NCBI RefSeq assembly: GCF_035285525.1
Contig: NZ_JAYKGW010000058.1
Span: 1-32,000 of the forward strand
DNA: 32,000 nt
Reading direction: 5' to 3'
DNA from: Okeania sp.
Lineage (GTDB): Bacteria; Cyanobacteriota; Cyanobacteriia; Cyanobacteriales; Microcoleaceae
The position numbers were made by a program, and so were the translations under genes. The notes beneath the pieces were generated by a model. The model saw only the letters and a list, made by a program, of their open reading frames with translations, had not been told where the DNA came from and searched no databases. The first letter of the stretch is position 1; each line of letters opens with the position of its first letter. Positions 1-9,192 of this stretch are shown here, in pieces.

Positions 1-125
<125 letters not shown>

Positions 126-211
126 TAGAGTCTTGGTGCGTTAGCGTAGCGTAACGCACCCTACTGGACTGTTCCCTGTTCCCTGTTCCCTAGCGCGTAG
201 CGCTATAAACC

Positions 212-1132
212 TTAATCGCTACCTAAAAGACTAACCAATAATGCTTTCTGAGCGTGCATTCTATTTTCTGCTTGTTGCCAAACTCGTGATCGCTCTCCTT
301 CTATCACTCCATCTGTAATTTCTTCATCTCGATGTGCTGGTAAACAATGTAAAACTATCACATCATCTGCTGCACTCTCCACCAACTTTTCATTAACTTG
401 ATAAGGTTGAAAAATAGGGATTCGACTATTAGCTTCCTCCTCTTGTCCCATACTTGCCCAAACATCAGTATAAAGCACTTGAGCATCCTTAACTGCTACC
501 TGGGAATCTTCAGTAACTATAACTTCACTTTTACCATTAGCAATAGTCTTTGCTTGTTCTACAATTTCTGGATTTGGCAGATAATTTGCTGGACTTGCTA
601 TCCTAACATTCATTCCTGCCATAGCACAACCCAATAGTAAAGAATTTGCCATATTATTACCATCACCAAAATAACTTAAAGTTATTCCATCCAACTTCCC
701 AAAACATTCTTGAACTGTTAATAAATCAGCCAATACTTGACAAGGATGTTCCCTATCTGTCAAAGCATTAATAACAGGAATTTTAGCATAATTAGCAAAA
801 GTTTCTAAATCTTTTTGTTCAAAAGTCCGAATCGCCAAAATATCCAAGTATTGGTCTAAAACTCTAGCAGTATCTATCAAAGGTTCCCCCCGACTAACCT
901 GAGTAACATTAGGATTCAAATCAATAACTTGACCTCCCAATTGATACATAGCGACAGTAAAACTTACCCTAGTTCTGGTTGAAGCTTTAGAAAATAATAA
1001 CCCCAATACTTTATTACATTTGAGATTTATTTTACCAGATTTGAGTTGAGATGCTAATTCTAAAAGTTCTTTTAATTCATCAGAATTTAAGTCTGCTAAA
1101 CTTAATAAATCTCGTCCTTTTAATTTATCCAT
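212..1132 (-). CDS. argF: Ornithine carbamoyltransferase
   Basis: 306-aa ORF with the carbamoyl-phosphate motif STRTR (SKASTRTRVSF). The HPCQ and HCLP motifs are diagnostic of OTCase rather than ATCase. TAA stop. Confidence 0.95.
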   Translation of the reverse strand: MDKLKGRDLLSLADLNSDELKELLELASQLKSGKINLKCNKVLGLLFSKASTRTRVSFTVAMYQLGGQVIDLNPNVTQVSRGEPLIDTARVLDQYLDILAIRTFEQKDLETFANYAKIPVINALTDREHPCQVLADLLTVQECFGKLDGITLSYFGDGNNMANSLLLGCAMAGMNVRIASPANYLPNPEIVEQAKTIANGKSEVIVTEDSQVAVKDAQVLYTDVWASMGQEEEANSRIPIFQPYQVNEKLVESAADDVIVLHCLPAHRDEEITDGVIEGERSRVWQQAENRMHAQKALLVSLLGSD

Positions 1133-1166
1133 AATTTACTAATTTACTACTAATTTTATAAACACA

Positions 1167-1267
1167 AGACTTACGCAGGTGAACCCAGAAACCCGGTACG
1201 AGCGTAGATGTCTATTGCTCAAAACAACGATTTATCCTAGAAACCGGGTTTCGCATGCGTAAGTCCT
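1167..1267. mobile_element. MITE-like small dispersed element (GACTTACGCA...TGCGTAAGTCCT termini)
   Basis: About 100 bp bounded by inverted termini. The interior (GAACCCAGAAACCCGGTACGAGC...CTAGAAACCGGGTT) is nearly the same as in the copy at 7515-7620 and related to 9063-9165. Confidence 0.65.
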
Positions 1268-1297
1268 AAAACAATAAGATTTGATGAGAAATTACAC

Positions 1298-1521
1298 AAA
1301 GAAACCGGTTTTTTCAGATAAATTGTTTCTTTGTAGTCAACATCTAAGAAAAAACCCGTTTTTGGGTTGGTCTGCATAAGTCCTGTCAATCTGAAATTCG
1401 CTTTGGAGAATAAAATATTATCATAAGTGGGGAAAGAAACCGGGTTTTTCAGATAAATTGTTTCTTTGTAGTCAACATCTAAGAAAAAACCCGGTTTCTG
1501 GGTTGGTCTGCGTAAGTCATG
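1298..1521. repeat. Two ~89-bp near-identical direct copies (1298-1386 and 1433-1521) ending in a half MITE terminus (CTGCGTAAGTC)
   Basis: The two copies differ at about 4 positions: AAAGAAACCGG(G)TTTTTCAGATAAATTGTTTCTTTGTAGTCAACATCTAAGAAAAAACCCG(G)TTT.TGGGTTGGTCTGC.TAAGTC. Confidence 0.85.
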
Positions 1522-1542
1522 TAAATATTAACCTTCTACCTT

Positions 1543-1703
1543 CTTCCTACTCCCTACTGCATTGTTTCACCTTAACTTAAATGGTGCAATAACTGTAGGT
1601 TACAAAAACGTTTCTTCCCTACTCCCCTACTCCCCTACTCCCCTACTCCCTAATGCACCATTTTAGATGAAACAGTCCACTACTCCCTACTCCCTACTCC
1701 CTA
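1543..1703. repeat. STRR-like heptamer/octamer arrays (CTACTCC / CCCTACTC) with conserved flank motif TAATGCACCATTTTAGATGAAACAGTCC
   Basis: Arrays at 1543-1560, 1616-1651 and 1679-1703. AAATGGTGCA (about 1581-1590) is the inverted partner of TGCACCATTT (about 1654-1663). The last array ends 3 nt from the dusB stop codon. Confidence 0.85.
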
Positions 1704-1706
1704 ATC

Positions 1707-2711
1707 CTATAAATTCTCAATCACCTGATCGATCAAATCACAACCTTCCGCCACAGTTTCCACCCTTGCCAACTTACCCCGCAACTCACCCGCACCCCCA
1801 AAACCCTTAGAATACCAAGTCAAATGCTTACGAGCTTGACGAATTCCCCGATCGCCTTTATACTCCCACAATGCCTGTAAATGGTCCTTAGCACATTCCA
1901 GTTTTTCTATTGCAGTGGGCGCTACCTTTTCCACACCATTTTTCAAGAAATAATCAATTTCTCCCACCAAAAAAGGATAACCCAAAGTACCACGGGAACA
2001 CATTACCCCGTCCGCTCCAGTTTCCTCCAAACAACGTATGGCAGCATCCACAGAAAAAATATCTCCATTAGCAATAACTGGAATAGAAAGTATTTCCTTA
2101 ACTTTAGTAATCCATTCCCATCTTGCCGGGCCATTATATCCTTGGGCACGAGTCCGCCCATGTAAAGTTAACATTTGGGCACCAGCATCTTCCATTCTTT
2201 TTGCAAATTCCAGGATATTAATTTCTTGATTACTCCAACCAATTCTAGTTTTTACAGTAACAGGAACCGGTACAGCTTTTACCACTTTACTAACAATTTC
2301 TCCTGCTAATTCTGGTTGTCTTAATAAAGAAGAACCCCCACCATTTTTAGTGATTTTATTAACAGGACAACCCATATTAATATCAACAGTATCAGCACCT
2401 TCTTTAACAGCCATTTCTGCTGCCTCTGCCAAAAAATCTGGACGACAATCAAATAATTGAATACTTATTGGTCGTTCATTATTATCAACCTCCATTATTT
2501 GAGGTAATTCTTTCACATAATGTAAACCGGTAGCATTTACCATTTCAGTGTACATCATTGACTCTGGAGCATGACGACGAACTAGGCGACGAAATACTAA
2601 ATCTGTTACTCCTGATAATGGTGATTGAAGGACGCGACTTTTTACTTCAAAATTGCCAATTTTGAGTGGAGTAGTTAATTTTTTCTTTAGTTCAGGAGAT
2701 AAAGTAGTCAT
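1707..2711 (-). CDS. dusB: tRNA-dihydrouridine synthase (NifR3/DusB-type)
   Basis: 334-aa ORF with a Dus TIM-barrel including the catalytic-Cys loop DINMGCP and the HGRTR segment. The C-terminal helical domain (HLTWYSKGFGGAGELR) is typical of DusB-type enzymes. Confidence 0.9.
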   Translation of the reverse strand: MTTLSPELKKKLTTPLKIGNFEVKSRVLQSPLSGVTDLVFRRLVRRHAPESMMYTEMVNATGLHYVKELPQIMEVDNNERPISIQLFDCRPDFLAEAAEMAVKEGADTVDINMGCPVNKITKNGGGSSLLRQPELAGEIVSKVVKAVPVPVTVKTRIGWSNQEINILEFAKRMEDAGAQMLTLHGRTRAQGYNGPARWEWITKVKEILSIPVIANGDIFSVDAAIRCLEETGADGVMCSRGTLGYPFLVGEIDYFLKNGVEKVAPTAIEKLECAKDHLQALWEYKGDRGIRQARKHLTWYSKGFGGAGELRGKLARVETVAEGCDLIDQVIENL

Positions 2712-3317
2712 ATAAATTATTAGTTAACATTTATTAATTATTAACTATATCATGTTCACTAGCATTGTGTGTTTATCAAACTAAATCAAAACCAGTAAGA
2801 AATAATAAGTTTTGGAATAGCGATCGCTATTTCTCAAAAACAATTAAATCCTGATTTTTCTCTTAACTTTCTGTCGAACGTAACAGTTTCGTTACAACCT
2901 GTCTGACGAGCTATTGCTCCTATTAAAAAATAGAATCGGAGAAATCTGCACTTCCTTTTTTTGTTCGTTCTATGGCTTGATAAATAAGAGAAGGGCTTTC
3001 CAAGTCTAAGACTGAACTTTGTCACATTATTTCTAGGCTATTGATACCATCTTGTTCTGATTCTGGAAGTTGGGCTAGGGCGGCGATCACTTCTTCATTA
3101 TCCCTATTGCGACCAATACAAACCTTACCTTTTCAATCCATTTTTTCCTAAGAAGTTATCCCTGTATTTTCCATATCCAAACAGTAATCTTTGCTACCAC
3201 TTTCTGTTATTGATTTATATTAATTTTTTTTACATTGATTCAATTTCGAGTTAATTTAATGTTATATATTCTCTAGTTGTAAACTTTTATGTAGTTACTA
3301 TATTTTAGAACATTATC

Positions 3318-4286
3318 ATGGAATTTTTTCAGAAAGTAATATCTGTGCTAGCTTTCTTATCCATAGGTTTTTCTTTAACAGAAGTCTACCTAACAGTCAA
3401 CCAAATCTGGAAGCGAAAACATGAGCGTGTAGTTGTAGAAAGTATATCTGTTACTGCACAATTAGTTTCTTTAATGCCAGGATTTATCTTTGCCCTTAAT
3501 TATTTTTTCAATGGAGAATATATAGGCTTGATAGACACTACATTATTTGCTGGTTTAGCAGTTTTTTATATTCTTGTAGGAATGTCATTATGGGTACCAG
3601 GAGAAAGAAAAAAAGGTTTCTGGACTTTAATTAAAGAAACCCTTAAATTTGAAAGAAAAGAAGCTGGAGATTTAGCTAAGTCCTTTTTAAAACCTTCAGG
3701 AGCTAAAAAAAACATCAATATTTTAAGCCAAGTAGCTATGATTGATGAAGTAATTGACCCCAGAGAAAAAGAATTTATTCAATCATTTGCTGACCATTGG
3801 GGTATTAAGTTTTCCTGGGAAAATTTAACTATAAATAAACAGGTAAATAGTGCCGTAAATCTGATAAATTTACGTCAGGATGTCGCTGATTATTTAGTAA
3901 CTTCTCCACCTCAAAAGCAAGTATCAGAACTAAAAGATATTATTGATGCTCTAGTGAACATTGATCAAGAAGTTTCAGAACAAGAAAAGTTAATTATGGG
4001 AGAATTAGATGGCTTACTTTCTGAATTTATTAGTCAAGAACCAAATGCTGCTAGATATCATGTAGTAGTAGTACCACAAAACGAACGACAAATTCAAGTA
4101 GTAACCACTTCACTACCAGAATTAAGCAAATATCAAGTAGGAGAAGGATTTGCTTATCATAGTAGTCCCTTTTATTCCAAAGAATATGCAGATGTAATCT
4201 CTGATGGTTATCGCAGTCTTAATCTTTTGAGCATCGTGACTTTAACTCTTCCTGCTCAAATAAATCCTGTAGTTTCTGATTCCTAA
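3318..4286 (+). CDS. Membrane protein with three N-terminal TM helices and a TerB-like domain
   Basis: 322-aa ORF with three hydrophobic helices in the first ~95 aa. An internally duplicated acidic motif (AMIDEVIDPREKEFIQSF and ALVNIDQEVSEQEKLIMGEL) is characteristic of TerB-like domains. The C-terminal ~90 aa are unassigned. Confidence 0.6.
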   Translation: MEFFQKVISVLAFLSIGFSLTEVYLTVNQIWKRKHERVVVESISVTAQLVSLMPGFIFALNYFFNGEYIGLIDTTLFAGLAVFYILVGMSLWVPGERKKGFWTLIKETLKFERKEAGDLAKSFLKPSGAKKNINILSQVAMIDEVIDPREKEFIQSFADHWGIKFSWENLTINKQVNSAVNLINLRQDVADYLVTSPPQKQVSELKDIIDALVNIDQEVSEQEKLIMGELDGLLSEFISQEPNAARYHVVVVPQNERQIQVVTTSLPELSKYQVGEGFAYHSSPFYSKEYADVISDGYRSLNLLSIVTLTLPAQINPVVSDS

Positions 4287-4685
4287 GTAATCAAATTAAT
4301 TTTTAGAGACTTGAGACAGTTTTAAGATTTAAGAGGTGTATCATATCTTTGCAAAAATACTTTTTTCCTCCATACCTAATTCTCTGTTCCCTAAAAGGGA
4401 TAAGTTTTTGGCTTTCTTCAAAATTGAGATTTACCGCGAAACTGAATACACCGACAATTATGGGAATTTACTGTTCCTAAATAAAAACTATCTTCCTCAG
4501 GACTTACGCAAGAGTTCTCAAGAATAATACTTCATTTAAAAGAACTTTAGCACAATTACCAAAAACATTATTAGGTAAACAATTTAGTCTCGAAATCAAA
4601 TCAACTTCATCCGATAGATGCACCACTAAATTGATTAATAGGTAATTAATAATTAAAGATAGTTTTTATGATCCGCTATCCATTA

Positions 4686-5069
4686 TCAACTATCATTTGG
4701 AGCAGAATAACAAACAAAATTAGACAACGACATCCACGACTTTTGACTAGAATCATAACACTGCCAACTCTCATTTTCATCCAAATAACAAACTAAAATC
4801 CTCTCATTATTAGAATCAGAAAAATGGTCTGCAAAACATAAAAAAGGATAAGTTTTACGACTTAATCTTTTGGCAACAGCCACATTAGGGCATTCTATTA
4901 CAAACACAGTTTCTCCATGTAAAAAAGTCAGAGAAAAAATGCACTTCCGGAGAATAGCCCTCAGCCAACTTTCTGTATGATCAAAATATCTATCAATCAG
5001 TTGATTAGTCAAATCTTTTTCTACAGAACGATCCAATGAATCGTAATTTTTTAGATAATCCATATTCAA
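4686..5069 (-). CDS. Hypothetical protein (127 aa)
   Basis: Clean ORF with an ATG start and non-repetitive composition, but no motif I recognise. It is the only accepted ORF ending in TGA, which is followed immediately by an in-frame TAA. Confidence 0.55.
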   Translation of the reverse strand: MNMDYLKNYDSLDRSVEKDLTNQLIDRYFDHTESWLRAILRKCIFSLTFLHGETVFVIECPNVAVAKRLSRKTYPFLCFADHFSDSNNERILVCYLDENESWQCYDSSQKSWMSLSNFVCYSAPNDS

Positions 5070-5126
5070 CTTTGAACCTCAAATTGCAATTTCTTGGTTT
5101 TATCTGTCAATATAATAAATATAAAC

Positions 5127-5329
5127 GTAAGCATTTCCTGCGGAATGCTGCACAAACAGCTATTGGCAGCTAACAGCAATAAGAACCTGTGGTTAGACAC
5201 GGGGTTTAAATGAGTATAGCTTTAGAGCTAACTTTTGTAGAAAGATTTTTCTAGCTCGGTTAAATATTGTTTTTATCACTCGCTAAAAGCACTCTTATGA
5301 TAGCTGATAGCTGAGGGCTGAATGCTTAC
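5127..5329. mobile_element. MITE-like element, second family (GTAAGCATT...AATGCTTAC termini, AGCTGA-rich subterminal repeats)
   Basis: Inverted termini read directly. Related copy at 17937-18122 and a partial copy near 8075-8125. Confidence 0.55.
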
Positions 5330-5394
5330 ATATAAACCTTATAAATACCAGAATCAAAACTGGTTTATTCTAACTCAATTATCAAATTTTAATC

Positions 5395-6354
5395 ATGCCT
5401 ACCTATACCGGAATTTCTAGTGAAGCTTTTCGTCATCCCCTAGATAGTCAAGCTGAAGATGCTCTCCGTAGAGTACCTGGATTTGACTTAGTTGCCCGTA
5501 AATTCGTAGAATTTGTTTATGAACGCCCCCAATATGTTTATTTAATGGGTAATGGAATTAAAGTTGGGCCTCGTCAATATGCCAGTATTTATCAGATATT
5601 TAGAGGATGTGTCAGAGACTTAGATATATTACCTGAACCCGCCTTATTTGTTTCTCAAAATCCTCAAGTAAATAGCTATTCCTTAGGTAAAGATCAGCCT
5701 TTAATTGTCATAAATACAGGGCTTTTAGACTTATTAAATGAAGCAGAATTAAAAACTGTATTAGCTCACGAATTAGGACATATTAAGTGTGGCCATCCAA
5801 TTTTAAACCTGATGGCCATTTGGGCTATGGGTGTGGCTTCAGCCATTGGGGAAGTCACATTTGGTTTGGGCAATCTAGTCAGTAGTGGATTAATTTTTGC
5901 TTTCTATGAGTGGCGACGTAAAGCTGAATTATCGGCAGATCGGGCAGCTCTGTTAGTCATGGATGACTTGAATATAGTTATGGAAACTATGATGAAGGTA
6001 GCTGGAGTGAGCAGTAAGTATGCTAATGAGTGTAGTTTACAAGAATTTATTCGTCAGTCCGATGATTATCAAGACTTAGACCAAGATGGCCTGAATCAAG
6101 TGTATAAATTCTTGCTTTATAATGGTGGTCAGGGTATGATGTTGAGTCATCCTTTTCCTGTGGAACGACTGCGGTATCTACAACATTGGGCAAATTCTGC
6201 GGAATATCAGCAAATTCATTCTGGTAACTATAAACGTGCTAGTGCGGAGGGTGCTGTTGAGGTGGAAGTAGAGTCTCCAAATAATGAAGCAGATACTTTG
6301 CGTCGTGAAATTGAGCAGTTAAGAGAGGAAATTAATCGAATTAAGTCAAAATAA
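5395..6354 (+). CDS. M48-family zinc metallopeptidase (HtpX/Ste24-like fold) with a C-terminal coiled-coil tail
   Basis: 319-aa ORF with the HExxH zinc motif in LAHELGHIKCGH and a downstream ELSADR segment typical of M48. The C-terminus EADTLRREIEQLREEINRIK looks coiled-coil. Confidence 0.85.
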   Translation: MPTYTGISSEAFRHPLDSQAEDALRRVPGFDLVARKFVEFVYERPQYVYLMGNGIKVGPRQYASIYQIFRGCVRDLDILPEPALFVSQNPQVNSYSLGKDQPLIVINTGLLDLLNEAELKTVLAHELGHIKCGHPILNLMAIWAMGVASAIGEVTFGLGNLVSSGLIFAFYEWRRKAELSADRAALLVMDDLNIVMETMMKVAGVSSKYANECSLQEFIRQSDDYQDLDQDGLNQVYKFLLYNGGQGMMLSHPFPVERLRYLQHWANSAEYQQIHSGNYKRASAEGAVEVEVESPNNEADTLRREIEQLREEINRIKSK

Positions 6355-6393
6355 GGAGTAGGGAGTAGGGAGTAGGGAGTAGGGAGTAGGGAG
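6355..6393. repeat. STRR-like heptamer array (GGGAGTA)x5 directly after the M48 stop codon
   Basis: Read directly. It is the reverse complement of the CTACTCC arrays at 1679-1703 and 8995-9030. Confidence 0.9.
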
Positions 6394-6483
6394 GAGTCCA
6401 ATAGTGAACTTTTTCATCTTCAATGTTGGAATTGCAAATTGGTCTGAGATTGCTTCACTATTGTTCGCAATGACAATTATAAT

Positions 6484-6955
6484 GCACTATTTTAGGTGAA
6501 ACAGTCCATTAGATTTTCTCCCTTATCTCCCTTGTCTCCCTTGTCCTACTTGTCTCCCTTGTCTCCCTTGTCTCCCTTATCTTCCTTGTCTCCCTTATCT
6601 TCCTTGTCCTCCTTGTCTACCTTGTTTTTCTTATTTTCTGTTCCCAGTCCAGTAGTTGGGTTGAGGAACGAAACCCAACAACAATCTTTCTCTCCTACTA
6701 CCTGACTCCTTAATCTACCATTTTCAGATGAAACAGTCCATTAGATTTTCTCCCTTGTCTCCCTTGTCTCCCTTGTCCTACTTGTCTCCCTTGTCTCCCT
6801 TGTCCTACTTGTCTCCCTTATCTCCCTTGTCCTACTTGTCTCCCTTGTCTCCCTTGTCTTCCTTGTCCTCCTTGTCTTCCTTCTTTTTCTTCTTTTCTGT
6901 TCCCACCTTCTGTGTTCCCTATTCCCTCAAACCTAAATTTTTGTCCGGAAATTAG
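6484..6955. repeat. Tandem duplication of a ~230-bp unit. Each unit is a conserved flank (ATTTTAG.TGAAACAGTCCATTAGATTTTCTCCC) plus a degenerate nonamer array.
   Basis: Unit 1 is about 6484-6710 and unit 2 about 6715-6950. Unit 1 also carries the 25-nt hairpin GTTGGGTTGAGGAACGAAACCCAAC (6656-6680). Confidence 0.85.
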
Positions 6956-7084
6956 ACTCTATTAATATGTAATTAAAAATATAAAGACTGTAAAAATATA
7001 TTCATCTTTTCTTTCATAAGTAAAGAAAACCAACTTATTATTTTCTCTATTCAAACTATACAAAATAATCAGGAATTTCTAACT

Positions 7085-7510
7085 ATGTCACAAGATAAAA
7101 AATCTAGCAGTTATAACAAAGCACCTTTATATTGGGGTTTGAGCAAAGTAGGAATAATTTTTCTCACAGTAGGAGCTACAGTAATGGGATTTACTAATCC
7201 TCCTAGAGACGAATATGTTAATTATGCTTCTAATAAATTGGCAACTGAAATTAAAGAATCTGTTTGTAAAGAATCTAACGTACCAGAGGTTTTGAATAAC
7301 TTGACAGGTGATTTACTTAAAAGTTGTGAAAAGCTAATCAAAAGTCAAAGAACTAATATTAAAGAAATAATGGATAATGCCACCAAACGTCAGAATTTAA
7401 TATTATTTAGTCTTTATACAACTGAATTTACTGGTAAGAGATATCAGACTATTGGTGCAGTTGGTAATTTTCTAACTTTTCCACCACAGAAAATTGATAA
7501 AAATGAATAA
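7085..7510 (+). CDS. Small membrane-anchored protein, DUF4359-like (cyanobacterial)
   Basis: 141-aa ORF with an N-terminal TM (VGIIFLTVGATVMGF) followed by NPPRDEYVNYASNKLATEIKESVCKE. I recall this arrangement from the DUF4359 family, but the family name is unverified. Confidence 0.7.
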   Translation: MSQDKKSSSYNKAPLYWGLSKVGIIFLTVGATVMGFTNPPRDEYVNYASNKLATEIKESVCKESNVPEVLNNLTGDLLKSCEKLIKSQRTNIKEIMDNATKRQNLILFSLYTTEFTGKRYQTIGAVGNFLTFPPQKIDKNE

Positions 7511-7514
7511 AAAC

Positions 7515-7620
7515 AGGACTTACCCAGATGAACCCAGAAACCCGGTACGAGCCTAGAATTAATTCTATTACTTAAAACAACGATTTATCCTAGAAACCGG
7601 GTTCCTCCCGTGTAAGTCCT
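7515..7620. mobile_element. MITE-like element, same subfamily as 1167-1267
   Basis: AGGACTTACCCAGATGAACCCAGAAACCCGGTACGAGC...CTAGAAACCGGGTTCCTCCCGTGTAAGTCCT. It starts 4 nt after the stop codon of the preceding CDS. Confidence 0.65.
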
Positions 7621-7630
7621 CAAAAATTAT

Positions 7631-7855
7631 AGCAGGGAACACAGAAGGTGGGAACACAGAAGGTGGGAACAGTTGGAAAAGTGTTTCCTAGTATAAGATT
7701 CATTATCAGTTCATGTCCTACAGCGCTTTTCGCTCTTGATGAACCACATCGCCATAATCAAAACCTTGTAGGGACGTTGCATGCAACGTCCCTACTGTGG
7801 TCTACCGACATGAAAACTGCTGTAATCGCCTTGTCGGATATATTAATTAAGTAGC
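7631..7855. repeat. Composite repeat: GGGAACA-rich element (paralogue at 15511-15640) carrying a ~100-bp nested insertion with a perfect 28-bp palindrome
   Basis: The flanks align with 15511-15640. The extra segment, about 7730-7832, contains GTAGGGACGTTGCATGCAACGTCCCTAC (7768-7795). Confidence 0.75.
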
Positions 7856-7906
7856 CTTTGTAGGGATATTCTTTGGAACATCCCTACATTATTTTTTAGA
7901 TTCTAT

Positions 7907-8037
7907 AGGACTTACGCAAAATCAGGTATTTCCGTCATTGCTCGCGAGGTGCGTTTCGCTCCGCGACATGAATGGATCGCAGTCCGTCAGGATAGCAATC
8001 TCAAACCTTCAAATTTCGTTCCTCATGCGTAAGTTCT
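7907..8037. mobile_element. MITE-like element (AGGACTTACGCA...TGCGTAAGTTCT), subfamily shared with 31462-31554
   Basis: Inverted termini, plus the shared internal segment GCAATCTCAAA.CC...CCTCATG. Confidence 0.65.
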
Positions 8038-8187
8038 GTTCTAAATATTTTCAATAAAGAAAAAGATCGTCAGCTAACCTTGGTAAGTTATTACTTCAAA
8101 AGCTAATAGCTGAGTGCTTATGTATCTTGATGTAAGTCCTGAGTAAGCTATTCTGCTCTCAGGTTGTTTGTTCTTATTCTCAGTTTT

Positions 8188-8811
8188 CTATTTTTGCCTG
8201 CGCATCAATGTAGAAACAGCACCAGCAGCACCAACTGTGAGTAGACCAAATGTTGCAGCAGGTTCAGGTGTGGATACAGGTATAAGAGCGAGAGACAAAA
8301 CATCTGTCTGCTCTACCTGTTCTTCAGTAAAGCTCAAAGAGAAACTGCCACCCATACCTGCCAAAATTGGAGATAGAAACTCAAACTCTAGTTCATTATT
8401 AGAATCATTAGTATTATCGCCAACTAAAAGTGAAAAACTTGAATTTCCATCAGTGCTTGTAGATACAAGTTTACCGTCAATGTTATTGAGCTGATCGTTG
8501 AACAGATCCAGAGCTGAAATATTAAAATTTGAACCAGTAAAATCATTAAAAATTAGGGGAGAAGGTAGGGAAACTGAATTTCCTTCCAGAGTAAAATTGT
8601 TGATAACCAGTTGCTCTAATTCTTGGTCATTAAGCATATCATCATCAAAAGCATTATCAACTATATCTAAAAAACCTGAGAATGAATTATTGCCTACTTC
8701 AATATCCAATCCAAAAGTTAACGCTTGAACCAAGTTAGCTTTTATACCAACCAGACTAATAGCAGTAGTACAGATAGCAACAGCAGAGAATTTTTGCAAC
8801 TGTGAAATCAT
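8188..8811 (-). CDS. PEP-CTERM sorting-domain secreted protein
   Basis: 207-aa ORF with an N-terminal signal-like segment (AVAICTTAISLVGIKANLVQA). The C-terminus VSTPEPAATFGLLTVGAAGAVSTLMRRQK matches the PEP motif, TM helix and basic tail arrangement. Confidence 0.85.
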   Translation of the reverse strand: MISQLQKFSAVAICTTAISLVGIKANLVQALTFGLDIEVGNNSFSGFLDIVDNAFDDDMLNDQELEQLVINNFTLEGNSVSLPSPLIFNDFTGSNFNISALDLFNDQLNNIDGKLVSTSTDGNSSFSLLVGDNTNDSNNELEFEFLSPILAGMGGSFSLSFTEEQVEQTDVLSLALIPVSTPEPAATFGLLTVGAAGAVSTLMRRQK

Positions 8812-9062
8812 AAATTATGAAATCCTTTTTATCCGAATGTCCAAACACATTATAGCAAACTCCTACTAAATAATGTCTAATCACATCTCCACCAAAAGAG
8901 GGAACACTTAACTGGGAAGAGGAAATAGGGGGGAGTAATTGATGATTTATGGATAATAATTGATTATCGGACCTAAATCATCATCTATTCTTTCCCTCTA
9001 CTCCCTACTCCCTACTCCCTACTCCCCCTTTTCTGGCTCTTTTCTGGAAATGTTTATTAGTC

Positions 9063-9165
9063 AGGACTTACGCAAAGAAACCCGGTTGCTACGAGAAATC
9101 CTTGTTTTGAACAGTAAGAATCTAGGCTCGTACCGGGTTTCTGGGTTCCCGTGGCTTTAGTCTTG
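9063..9165. mobile_element. MITE-like element (AGGACTTACGCA ... GGCTTTAGTCTT)
   Basis: The interior is related, in inverted orientation, to the 1167 and 7515 copies (CTCGTACCGGGTTTCTGGGTTC). It lies 27 nt downstream of the queF stop codon. Confidence 0.6.
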
Positions 9166-9192
9166 TTAGTTTTATGGCATTTTCTTTCTTCT

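Noticed and set aside
3000-3200. Minus-strand frame ...DYCLDMENTGITS-TAG-EKMD-TGA-KGKVCIGRNRDNEEVIAALAQLPESEQDGINSLEIM, a possible relic gene; also the tracked ORF 2834-3025
   Set aside because: It is short, has two internal stops, and I cannot name a homologous family. ORF 2834-3025 is basic, low-complexity and AT-driven. Neither is worth more than a tblastn check.
4336-4527. Small tracked ORFs in intergenic regions (4336-4527, 7648-7854, 8960-9160, 9583-9870, 13183-13483, 16194-16406, 19617-19829, 20954-21163, 28345-28542)
   Set aside because: Each overlaps MITEs, hairpin repeats, AT-rich spacers, the degenerate IS, or the opposite strand of a supported CDS. None shows a recognisable motif or a convincing ribosome-binding site.
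6496-6955. Tracked ORFs 6496-6705 and 6728-6955, which encode (SPL)n low-complexity proteins
   Set aside because: They are translations of 9-nt tandem arrays. The frame is open only because the repeat unit is three codons long. There is no ribosome-binding site, and the same arrays occur in non-coding contexts, for example 1-124.
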